The notes: a model not told the origin generated them from the sequence alone. Shown: positions 8,019 to 16,445, counted from the stretch's first letter. The stretch is 64,000 nucleotides of DNA from Christensenellales bacterium (GCA_050945875.1 JBMNTT010000003.1:47133-111132); one strand, 5' to 3'. Made by a program: numbers and translations.

Positions 8019-10085
8019 TTACGCCAGATTGAGCTCCGCCCGGGCGATGATATGATCCTGATAATCCTTGTCCAGCTCGACGAAATAGCCGCTCCACCCC
8101 CACACCCGCACAATCAGGTTGCGATGGTTCTCCGGATGCTGCTGAGCGTCGAGCAGGCGGTCGCGATTGACGGTGTTGAGCTGCAGCTGGTGGCCGCCCA
8201 GGGCAATGAAATACTGTACCAGGGCGGCTACTTTGGCGATGGCCTCCTCCCCCCGAAACACCGAGTCGTGGAACTCCAGCGTCAGCGGTCCGCCGTTGAT
8301 GGTCTTGCCCAGGTCGGCTTTGGTGAAGGAGCGCATCACCGACACCGGGCCCTTCAAGCGGGTGTGCAGGCTGGGGGCATAGTTGGCCGGCAGTGGGTCC
8401 TGAGCGCAGCGACCGTCGGCGGTGGCCCCGGTCTGGCGGGCATGCCACAGGTAGAACATCGCCGAGCCCGTGCCTGCGCGGTAGACGCCCCCGCGCTCGT
8501 TGCGCCGCCCGGCCAGGCACTGGGCGAAGGTCTCCAGCAGCCACACCGCATACCCGTCGGGGCTGGGCTCGTCGTTGCCCATCTTCGGGCATTCATAGCG
8601 CAGATACTGCATCAGCGCCTCCTGGCCGGCAAAGTTCTCGGCCACCGCGCCGGTCAGCTGTACGCCGGTGACCTTGCCCTCGGTGAAGACCGCCCGCTCC
8701 ATGGCCGCCAGGGAATCCGCCGCCGTGGCCAGGCCGGTTCCGTGCAGGCCGTAGTTGTTGTATCGGCTGCCCAGGCTGATATCGCGGGCGCGCGCCACGC
8801 AGCCCTCGAAGAGCAGGCTCATGAATGGCGAGGGGACGATATAGAGGTCGGCGAAGGAGGCCGTCAGCGCATCGACCTGGCGATCCACCGCGCGGCGCGC
8901 CGCCTCAAGCACCGGGCCCATGTCCGCCGCGCCAGGCAGGGCCTCGCGCATGGCCGCGTCCACCGCCCCGGCGAAGCTGACCGCGCCGATGTTGGGGATG
9001 TCCATGCCCACGCCGGGGATGATGAACTCCCAGCAGGCGGCCACCACATAGTCCCGCGCGTCCTCCAGGGCATAACCCAGCTTCACCAGCGCGGGGATGA
9101 CCACGTCGTCGTTGGCGTACTGGGGAAAGCCCAGGCCTAGCTTGGTCAGCTGGGTGCCCAACTCGTAAACCGCCAGAGGCGTCCGGGCGCTGACCCGCAG
9201 GTTGATCTTCGGGTCGATCAGGCGCAACTCCCCGCAGGCCTCAAGGCACATGCGCGAGAGCGGGTTGAAGGCTTCCTCCCCCCGGCGGTTCACGCCGCCG
9301 AGCACCACGCTCTGGCCGTTATCGCCCTGCTGGATACCGGGGTAGAGGTCGCTGTCTCGGTTGCAGGCCAGGAAGAACTCCTCCAGCAGCTCCATCGCCT
9401 GTTCCTCGTTCAGCCGGCCCGCAGCCAGGTCCGCCTCAAGGTAGGGCCAAAGCAACTGGTCCAGCCGGCCCAGGGTGTTGTGGTAGTTGCCCTCGCACCA
9501 CAGGGCGTAATGGATGAACCGCAGCGACTGCAGGGCGTCAGCAAAGGTGCGTGCGCCCTGGGCGGGCACCCGCTCCAGCCGCCGGGCGATCTCCTCCCGC
9601 CCCTCGGCCCGAGCCTGGGCGGCATAGCGGGCCGCCAGGTTCAGCACCGCGCGGGTGCTCTGAGCCATGGCGGCCAGATAGTCGGCCTGGGGCTGTTGAT
9701 CGGCCTGGAGATAGCGCGCCCGGGCGGTCTCCACCTCCCTCAGCCGGGCAGTTAGCCCTCTGGCGATGGTGGTGCCGTAGTCCGGGGAGATATTGCAGAC
9801 CACGCCGTTCTCATGGATAAAATGTTCCCTACGGATATCTTCCCAGGCGGCCTCATCATAGATACTGGGCAGGTTGGGCACCGTGCGGGTCAGCACGATG
9901 CGCTCCTCGGGCAGCAGCACCGGCTGCTCCAGCTCCAGAGCCAGGCGGAAGCGCTGGGCGGTGCGCCAGTAATCCGGCAGGTTCCCGACGCGGTAAGGCC
10001 AATCCCCTTCGGGCAGGGACTGGCGGTGAACATGATGCTGCTTTTCGAGCAGACGCTGGCGCATGCGGGCAATCCGATCGGTCAT
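8019..10085 (-). CDS. glycyl-radical enzyme, PFL2/1,2-eliminase-like, unusually short (688 aa), substrate unknown
   Basis: The C-terminus carries NLIVRVWGWSGYFVELDKDYQDHIIARAE (glycine-radical motif). A Cys loop (EDARDYVVAACWEFIIPG) aligns to EDARDYGIIGCVEP of B12-independent glycerol dehydratase. The ATG overlaps the upstream stop codon (ATGA) and is preceded by a GGAGGG RBS. Confidence 0.85.
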   Translation of the reverse strand: MTDRIARMRQRLLEKQHHVHRQSLPEGDWPYRVGNLPDYWRTAQRFRLALELEQPVLLPEERIVLTRTVPNLPSIYDEAAWEDIRREHFIHENGVVCNISPDYGTTIARGLTARLREVETARARYLQADQQPQADYLAAMAQSTRAVLNLAARYAAQARAEGREEIARRLERVPAQGARTFADALQSLRFIHYALWCEGNYHNTLGRLDQLLWPYLEADLAAGRLNEEQAMELLEEFFLACNRDSDLYPGIQQGDNGQSVVLGGVNRRGEEAFNPLSRMCLEACGELRLIDPKINLRVSARTPLAVYELGTQLTKLGLGFPQYANDDVVIPALVKLGYALEDARDYVVAACWEFIIPGVGMDIPNIGAVSFAGAVDAAMREALPGAADMGPVLEAARRAVDRQVDALTASFADLYIVPSPFMSLLFEGCVARARDISLGSRYNNYGLHGTGLATAADSLAAMERAVFTEGKVTGVQLTGAVAENFAGQEALMQYLRYECPKMGNDEPSPDGYAVWLLETFAQCLAGRRNERGGVYRAGTGSAMFYLWHARQTGATADGRCAQDPLPANYAPSLHTRLKGPVSVMRSFTKADLGKTINGGPLTLEFHDSVFRGEEAIAKVAALVQYFIALGGHQLQLNTVNRDRLLDAQQHPENHRNLIVRVWGWSGYFVELDKDYQDHIIARAELNLA

Positions 10086-11575
10086 GTGCGTTCCCTCCTG
10101 ATGACAATGGCCGCCACGCTGGCAGCAGGCAGGTCAATCACGTCCCCGCCGGTGAAGGTTTGGGTCACCTGCTGCGGACAGACGCGATCGGGGTACTCGA
10201 ACGTGTTGTGGTCATGGGGATCGCCGGTGAGCAGGGTCAGCGTTCCATCTCCCTGCAGGGAACCGCCGAAGGCCGACAGCTGTACCTGCATCCCCTGGTC
10301 AAACTGGGTGTTGGCCAAAGTGATGGTCACCAGATTCTCTCGCTGGGAGGCCGAGACCGATAGGTTGGGCAGCCCCTCCGGCCCTCGGCAGGCGGCATCG
10401 GTGGCTACGGCGATCTGCCGCGCGCCCTGGTGCGTCTTGAACAAATCAAAAATATGGTAGGTCGGCGTCAGGATCAGATGCTCCCCGCCCGCCAGGAACA
10501 GGCAGTGCAGATTGTTGCACAGTTGGGCAACATTGGCCATACGCACCACATCGCACCGGTTGTTGAAGATATTCAGCGTCAGGGCCGAGACCATAGCGTC
10601 GCGCAAGGTGCTCTGCTGTTCAAAGAGGTTGTAGCCCTTGGATGGGCCGGAGCCATCGGGATGCCAGCAACCCCACTCATCCACCACCAGCCCGATTCGC
10701 CGCTCCGGGTCATAGGCGTCCATAGCCGCCCGATGGGCATCGATCAATCCCTGCATGCGAAAAGCCTGATAGAGCTGTTGATCCCACTGATCGGCGGTGA
10801 ACCCGGTCACATCGCCTGCGGCGCCGCAGTAGTAGTGCAGGCTCAGGCCCCAGAGCTCGGCATTGCGCCCAAAGTGGATGTTGCCATACTCCCGCATGAA
10901 ACCCTGGGTCCAGGCCAGATCGTCGGCGTTAGGGCCGCAGGCGATGAAGCGGTATCTCCCCTCGTCCAGATCATTGACCACCGTGGCGTAGCGGATGAAC
11001 TCCCGGGCGTACATCTCGGGGCTCATCTGCCCGCCCCCACCCTAGTTTTCATTGCCGATGCCCCAGTAGCGCACGCCAAAGGGTTCGGGATCGCCATTGC
11101 GCTCCCGCTCCCGGGCCAAGGTGGTGCTGCCTCGGGGGAAGTTGCAGTACTCAACCCAATTGCGGATGTGCAGGGCGGGCACGGTGGTCACATTGGCCGC
11201 CACATAAGGTTCAGCTCCTGTCATGCGGCAAAAATCCATAAACTCATGGGTGCCCACCTGGTTGGATTCGGTGCGTCCGTCCCGACAGTACCACCAGTTG
11301 ACTCGGGTTGGCCGGTCAGCCTCTGGGCCGATGCCGTCGCGCCAGTCGTAGGTTTCGGCAAAGCAGCCGCCCGGCCAGCGCAGCACCGGCGGCTCGATGC
11401 GCCGAAAAGCCTCCACCAGCGCCTTGCGAAAGCCCCGCACGTTCTCCACCGGGGAATCCTCGCCCACGTACAGCCCGTCGTAGAACACCCCGCCGATGTG
11501 TTCGGCAAAATGCCCGTATATATCCCGGGCAATTTCGCCCCGGGACTGGGGAAAGAGCAGACAGACCTGCGGCAT
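10082..11575 (-). pseudogene. abfA: GH51 alpha-L-arabinofuranosidase interrupted by one in-frame TAG (codon at 11042..11044)
   Basis: ORFs 11042..11599 and 10082..11026 are in the same frame. The junction reads ...YWGIGNEN*GGGGQMSPEMYA... The acid/base GNE motif is in the N-terminal fragment and the nucleophile LVVDEWGCW is in the C-terminal fragment. The likely start is MPQVCLLFPQ (11575), which has a GGAGGGG RBS. Confidence 0.8.
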
Positions 11576-11602
11576 ATGCACCCCTCCATATTCCAACATG
11601 AT

Positions 11603-11616
11603 CGTTCATGTGAACG
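11603..11616. promoter_or_regulatory. candidate LacI-family operator (CGTTCA-TG-TGAACG inverted repeat)
   Basis: These are perfect 6-bp arms located between the predicted abfA -10 hexamer and the abfA start codon. The repeat overlaps a TGTGAACGTTTAAC stretch resembling LacI/CcpA-type half sites. Confidence 0.45.
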
Positions 11617-11625
11617 TTTAACCTC

Positions 11626-11654
11626 ACGATAGCATGGGATTCCCACGCTGTCAA
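11626..11654 (-). promoter_or_regulatory. promoter of the abfA-GRE-activase operon (TTGACA-17-TATCGT)
   Basis: Hexamers were read on the minus strand, and the operator lies just downstream. Confidence 0.5.
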
Positions 11655-11663
11655 GGGGGCGCC

Positions 11664-11693
11664 TTGACCAGTCGGTTTTGGTCATGCTAGAAT
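11664..11693 (+). promoter_or_regulatory. promoter of the lacI-family regulator gene (TTGACC-18-TAGAAT)
   Basis: Hexamers were read on the plus strand. The -35 is back-to-back with the abfA -35, forming the palindrome GTCAAGG-GGGCG-CCTTGAC. Confidence 0.45.
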
Positions 11694-11726
11694 GAAAGCT
11701 CAAAGATTGAGATAGGAGGTGGTCGT

Positions 11727-12746
11727 ATGGCTGGCGAGCGGGTCACGCTCAAGGATATCGCCCAGGCCGCGGGATGTAGCATCAACACTGTGTCCCGGGC
11801 GCTGAAGGATATGCCGGACATCGCGCCGGCCACCCGGGCCCGCATCCAGCATCTGGCCAGGCAGATGGGCTATCTGCAAAATCATTTAGCCTCCGCTCTG
11901 CGCTCGGGTTCCTCCCACACCATCGCCGTGGTGCTCGGCGATGTGTCCAATCCCCATTTTTCCCTGATAGTTCAGGATATTGAGCGTTTTTTCCGGGGCA
12001 AGGGGTACACGGTGCTGATCATCTGCACCCACGAGGACCTTGCCCTGGAGCGGGAGGCTTTGGGCGCGGCGCTCTCGCGCCAGGTGGACGGCATCGCGCT
12101 GTGTCCCTGCCAGATCGATCGGAGCAGCGTGGCGATGCTCGAGCGCAGCGGAGTGCCCTTCGTGCTGATCGGACGGCATTTTTCCGATCCGGCACTCAAC
12201 AGCGTCCATGTGGACGACACCCTGGGCGGTTATCTGGCCACACGGCATCTGCTCGATCTGGGCCACCGGCGCATCCTGCACCTGATGGGCCCAGAGAACG
12301 TCAGCTCCGGCGCGGAGCGACGGGATGGCTATCTGCAGGCGCTGGCCGAAGCAGGCATCACGCCGCAGGCGCATCTGATGGTCGAGGTGCCCGGGCTGAA
12401 CCTGGAGGCGGTGGCCAGCTGCCTGGACGCAGCGGGCGTCCCAGGGGTGGATTATACCGCGCTGTTCGCCTTCAGCGACGCGGTGGCCTGGGGCGCGCTC
12501 AACGCCCTGCGCACCCGACATATCCACATTCCCCGGGACCTGTCGGTGATCGGGTTCGACCATATCGCCCAGGGCTGGGGCTTCATGAGGCCCATCGCCA
12601 CCGTTGCCGGCGGCGAGTGCATGGCTATCCAGGCCGCCGCCCTGCTGCTCAGCCATATTCAGAACCGTGACCAGCCGCCTCGGCAGATCGTGCTGCCGCC
12701 GACGCTGGTACCCGGCCCCACCACCGCCCCGCCGGCGGCGGGGTAA
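11727..12746 (+). CDS. LacI family transcriptional regulator
   Basis: An N-terminal HTH (VTLKDIAQAAGCSINTVSRALKD) is followed by a periplasmic-binding-protein-like sugar-binding domain. The gene is divergent from the abfA operon. Confidence 0.9.
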   Translation: MAGERVTLKDIAQAAGCSINTVSRALKDMPDIAPATRARIQHLARQMGYLQNHLASALRSGSSHTIAVVLGDVSNPHFSLIVQDIERFFRGKGYTVLIICTHEDLALEREALGAALSRQVDGIALCPCQIDRSSVAMLERSGVPFVLIGRHFSDPALNSVHVDDTLGGYLATRHLLDLGHRRILHLMGPENVSSGAERRDGYLQALAEAGITPQAHLMVEVPGLNLEAVASCLDAAGVPGVDYTALFAFSDAVAWGALNALRTRHIHIPRDLSVIGFDHIAQGWGFMRPIATVAGGECMAIQAAALLLSHIQNRDQPPRQIVLPPTLVPGPTTAPPAAG

Positions 12747-12832
12747 AACCCGGCGCGCGCCCAGACGATAGATATCCCTGTATTGACAAATCCTCCCCTT
12801 GCGGCTATCCTGATAATGCACAGAAGAATACC

Positions 12833-12980
12833 GGATCTTATCCAGAGAGGCGGAGGGACTTGGCCCGATGAAGCCTCGGCAACCATCCGCAAGGAACTGG
12901 TGCCCCTTCCAGCAAGCCCCGGCTTGGCAGATAAGAGCAGCGCGATCCCCATGCCTCCCCTGCCAGCGGGAGGTTTTTTT
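12833..12980 (+). ncRNA. SAM-I (S-box) riboswitch with terminator
   Basis: The sequence UCUUAUCCAGAGAGGCGGAGGGACUUGGCCCGAUGAAGCCUCGGCAACC...GGUGCCCCUUCCAGCAAG...CAGAUAAGA matches the S-box core and its P1 pairing. The terminator CCUCCC-(8 nt)-GGGAGG plus U7 lies at 12954..12980. Confidence 0.85.
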
Positions 12981-13023
12981 GCTGTCCAAGCGCATCCGGA
13001 AAAAAGGTGAGGGAGCGTTTACG

Positions 13024-14337
13024 ATGAAAAAAGGTCATTTCTGGGCGCTGCTGCCCATCCTGGTGTTTCTGGTGCTGTTCATCGGCTCAGGGGTCATCAC
13101 CGGGGATTTTTACGCCATGCCCGCAGCGGTGGGTTTCCTGATCGCGCTGATCGTCGCGTTTTTGATGAACCCCAAAGAAAAGTTCTCCAAAAAGCTGGAG
13201 ATCATGGCCCGGGGCGCTGGGGATGAGAACATCATGATTATGTGCCTGATCTTCATCCTCGCCGGGGCTTTCTCCGGCGCGGTGAAGGCGGCCGGCGGCG
13301 CGGAGAGCACGGTCAACTTCGGCCTGTCCATCCTGCCCAGCAACATCGCCGTGGTCGGTCTGTTCCTGATCGGTTGCTTTATCTCCACCTCCATGGGCAC
13401 CTCGGTGGGCACCATCGTGGCCCTGTCGCCCATCGCCGTGGGCATCAGCCAGAAGGCGGGCATCGCCATGCCCATTTGCCTGGGTGCGGTGGTGTGCGGC
13501 GCGATGTTCGGGGACAACCTGTCCATGATCTCCGATACCACCATCGCCGCGGTGCGCACCCAGGGCGGCGACATGAAGGACAAGTTCAGGGAGAACTTCA
13601 AGATCGTGCTGCCCGCGGCGATTATCACCCTGGTCATTTTTCTCATCATCACCCGCAACGCCGCCTACAAAATCGACGAGCCCCTGCCCTATGATTTCAT
13701 GCGCATCGTGCCCTATCTGGTGGTGCTCGTCGGCGCGCTGGTCGGGCTGAATGTCATCCTGGTGTTGGTTAGCGGCACGGTGCTGTCACTGATTGTCGGG
13801 TTATGCTACGGGGACTTTACGTTCATGGAAATCTTCGGCGTGATTGGCTCCGGTATGGAGTCCATGTTTGAGATCACCGTCATCTCCATCCTGGTGGGCG
13901 GCGTGGTGGCGCTGATCAAGCACAACGGCGGCATCGACTGGATCCTCAACATCATTCGCAGTCATATCAAGAGCAAGAAGGGGGCTCAAGTGGGCATCGC
14001 CGCGCTGTCCGGGCTTGTGGATGTGTCCACCGCCAACAACACCGTGGCCATCGTCATCGCCGGTCCCATCGCCAAGGAGATCAGCGACGAGTTCAACATC
14101 ACGCCCCGACGCACCGCCTCGCTGCTGGATATCTTTACCTCGGTGTTCCAGGGGTTGATCCCCTACGGCGCGCAGATGTTGGCGGCGGCTGAGGCGGGAG
14201 CGCTCTCCCCGATCGCCATCATCCCCTACTGCTTCTATCCGGTGCTGATGGGCATCAGCGCCCTGGTCTTCATCCTGCTCGGTATCGGCGACCGGGCCAA
14301 GAAGCCCAAAGCCGCAACCCCGGCGTCGGAATCGTGA
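13024..14337 (+). CDS. NhaC-family transporter, MetT-like (putative methionine transporter)
   Basis: This polytopic membrane protein starts at MKKGHFWALLPILVF (with an RBS containing GGTGAGGGAG). The part of ORF 12868.. upstream of 13024 runs through the riboswitch and is not coding. The S-box association suggests a role in methionine uptake. Confidence 0.75.
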   Translation: MKKGHFWALLPILVFLVLFIGSGVITGDFYAMPAAVGFLIALIVAFLMNPKEKFSKKLEIMARGAGDENIMIMCLIFILAGAFSGAVKAAGGAESTVNFGLSILPSNIAVVGLFLIGCFISTSMGTSVGTIVALSPIAVGISQKAGIAMPICLGAVVCGAMFGDNLSMISDTTIAAVRTQGGDMKDKFRENFKIVLPAAIITLVIFLIITRNAAYKIDEPLPYDFMRIVPYLVVLVGALVGLNVILVLVSGTVLSLIVGLCYGDFTFMEIFGVIGSGMESMFEITVISILVGGVVALIKHNGGIDWILNIIRSHIKSKKGAQVGIAALSGLVDVSTANNTVAIVIAGPIAKEISDEFNITPRRTASLLDIFTSVFQGLIPYGAQMLAAAEAGALSPIAIIPYCFYPVLMGISALVFILLGIGDRAKKPKAATPASES

Positions 14338-14782
14338 TGCGCAGGCATCCCTCTCTCGATTCGAAAACCGGCCATCCCATGCGGACACTGCCGGGTTATG
14401 CTCAGCCGGTGAACGGCACGCTGCGCTACGGGGGACTCGAGCGTCGGATACCTCGGCTCTACCGCGTGCGCGGCGGATGGGCGCTGGAATCGCTGGCGCG
14501 CCAGTGATCGAACTGCTGACCATCCAGCGCAATGCCCGAGAGGGCCAGGGGCTGATAGGGGCACTGGCTGGGCGGCACGGGTCTGCAAAAAAGCGCTAAA
14601 GGGCGTGCAAGATTTTGCCGATATGCGCATCGCCATGGCGGATCCCCGCCCGGACTTCCTCGTCGGGGCAGGGCTCGCTCCGGCGCGTGCCACCCGGGAA
14701 CCTCAAGCCGTCGCCCCCAGTTTCACCTGGCCGGCAACCGCTGCCAGCTGGTTCCGGCGCGCTCGGTGACCTTTTCCTGATG

Positions 14783-14819
14783 AAAAAAAGTCCCCGCCCG
14801 TTTGGGCGGGGACTTTTTG
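14783..14819. terminator. bidirectional intrinsic terminator (mainly for the deacetylase gene)
   Basis: The hairpin AGUCCCCGCCC-GUUU-GGGCGGGGACU is flanked by A7 and U5. Confidence 0.8.
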
Positions 14820-14833
14820 TATCCAGCAGGGGG

Positions 14834-16201
14834 TTATTTCACGCCGACGCCCTTTCCGGGCTCAGAGCCCCGGGCCTGCTTATCCATCACATAGCTGACA
14901 TCCATCATCTTCCAGACCTGGCTGCGGGTGCTGGGATCGCCGTTGTCCTTCTTGCCATTGGGGCCCTCGACGATGCAGCTGCGCATGGTCATGCCGTCAA
15001 TGTTCTTGCGATCGTCGAAGACATATCCGGCCTTGTACACCTTCTGATAGGTGTTCAGGCCCACGCCTGAGAAGTAGTTGAAGCCGTACTCCAGGAAAGC
15101 CTTGTACGCATCGGTGTCATGCTTGGGATACTCGCCGTAGGGGAAGAGGTAGATGTTGGTCTTGCCCACCAGGGACTCCACCTCGTCCTTCCACTTCTGG
15201 CAGTCCGCGCGGACCTTCTCGGCGTCCCACTTGGACATATGCGCGTGGGCGTAGGAGTGGGAGGCGAACTCAAAGCCGTCGTTCTTCAGGCACTCGATAA
15301 CCGGCTTTGCCGCCTCGATCTCAGCCTGGCGGTTCTCGCTGCCGGAGTTGGTTCGGTAGCCCAGCACGCCGTCATATCCCGTCAGACCCACGATGGCCTT
15401 GGCCCCCTCGAAAGAGAAATCGGGATGCTTCTCCAAGAACTGGTTGATGATGGAGAAGACCTCCTTGCCCTGGGTGACGACCTCCTTGCCCGTGGCGGGA
15501 TCGACGCTCATCTCGGCGATGTGCCCATCCTCGCCCACGACCATCTTCCAGTTACAGCCGTTTTCGCGCATATAGGTATAGTAGTTCATATCATCGGTAG
15601 AAATAATGACCGGCTTTTTGCCCTTGGGCAGCTTGGTCTTCAGGCGGCCATAGGTGGTCGTGCCATCGTCCTTGGTAATCTGGCCATACATCTGGTCCAC
15701 GCGCACGAGGATGAAATCGTTTTTATAGAGCTCCTCCAGCATGCGCTCGAACTCATCCGTGGTGGTCATATAATCATCCATGCCCTTGGCCTGACTGTCG
15801 CCGTCGAAGGCCAGCTCCGGGTAGACCACCAGCGGATGCACAAAGAGATGCTCGATCGGCCCGGAGTAGGTTTCGTAGTTCGCCGGGTCCGCAGAGGGCT
15901 GGGTCGTGGGCTCCGGGGTGGCCGAGGGCTCCTCGGACGCCGGCGCCTGGCTTTCAGCCGGCTCGGGATCGCCGCCGGAGACCGGCTCGCTCGACGGCAG
16001 GGCCGACGTGGAGGGCGAGGGCGAGCTGTTGCCCCGGATCACCACGGGGTCCTTGGGTGAGGATAAATGCTGAATCGCCGCGGCGAGGCCGACCCCCAGC
16101 GCACAGACCAGCACAGCGACGACCGCGACAAATACATAGAAGCGCTTTTTGTTGACGCGCCGACGATGATACCGCCGATGATGATACCGATTGTTGCTCA
16201 T
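14834..16201 (-). CDS. membrane-anchored polysaccharide deacetylase family protein
   Basis: It has a basic N-terminus and a TM helix, then a Ser/Pro/Glu-rich linker, then a deacetylase-like domain (...GFEFASHSYAHAHMSKW...). Confidence 0.65.
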   Translation of the reverse strand: MSNNRYHHRRYHRRRVNKKRFYVFVAVVAVLVCALGVGLAAAIQHLSSPKDPVVIRGNSSPSPSTSALPSSEPVSGGDPEPAESQAPASEEPSATPEPTTQPSADPANYETYSGPIEHLFVHPLVVYPELAFDGDSQAKGMDDYMTTTDEFERMLEELYKNDFILVRVDQMYGQITKDDGTTTYGRLKTKLPKGKKPVIISTDDMNYYTYMRENGCNWKMVVGEDGHIAEMSVDPATGKEVVTQGKEVFSIINQFLEKHPDFSFEGAKAIVGLTGYDGVLGYRTNSGSENRQAEIEAAKPVIECLKNDGFEFASHSYAHAHMSKWDAEKVRADCQKWKDEVESLVGKTNIYLFPYGEYPKHDTDAYKAFLEYGFNYFSGVGLNTYQKVYKAGYVFDDRKNIDGMTMRSCIVEGPNGKKDNGDPSTRSQVWKMMDVSYVMDKQARGSEPGKGVGVK

Positions 16202-16259
16202 CTCTTCCCCTCTCTAACCTGTTCCCAAATTGGCCATACGGCAGGATCGGGTCTTCTTC

Positions 16260-16288
16260 ATTATAGATTGCCCATTCAGCTCTGTCAA
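16260..16288 (-). promoter_or_regulatory. promoter of the deacetylase gene (TTGACA-17-TATAAT)
   Basis: Consensus hexamers were read on the minus strand. Confidence 0.55.
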
Positions 16289-16385
16289 ATATTCGCAGAA
16301 CATCTCATCCAATTGTAAGAAACGAGATTGTTTTGAAATATTTGACATTGCTGACAAATGAAGGTCTTCAGTTGGGAACCGGCCC

Positions 16386-16414
16386 TTGACCGGTCTCCCG
16401 CCTGAGTCTATGCT
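16386..16414 (+). promoter_or_regulatory. promoter of the 16446 gene (TTGACC-17-TATGCT)
   Basis: Hexamers were read on the plus strand, 30 nt upstream of a GAGGAGGG RBS. Confidence 0.45.
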
Positions 16415-16445
16415 AGAGGGGACGCTTTGTTGAGGAGGGAACGCG

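Noticed and set aside
11042-11044. The TAG in the GH51 gene could be a pyrrolysine or programmed read-through codon.
   Set aside because: There are no pyl genes or PYLIS-like context in the window. The position corresponds to a conserved Trp (TGG), one transition away. Nonsense mutation or base-call error is far more parsimonious. It is kept as a finding only as a lesion to verify.
12868-13023. The N-terminal 52 codons of track ORF 12868..14337 (MKPRQPSARNWCPF...).
   Set aside because: This stretch overlaps the SAM-I aptamer and its terminator. A proper RBS and Met (MKKGHFW) occur at 13024, where the hydrophobic transporter sequence begins.
14400-14470. A stretch in the 14.3-14.8 kb gap (GGUGAAC...ACGGGGGAC...CGUCGGAUACCUCGG) is vaguely reminiscent of c-di-AMP (ydaO) riboswitch blocks.
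   Set aside because: Only fragments match and their order and spacing are imperfect. There is also no downstream gene on the plus strand for it to regulate, because the next gene is convergent.
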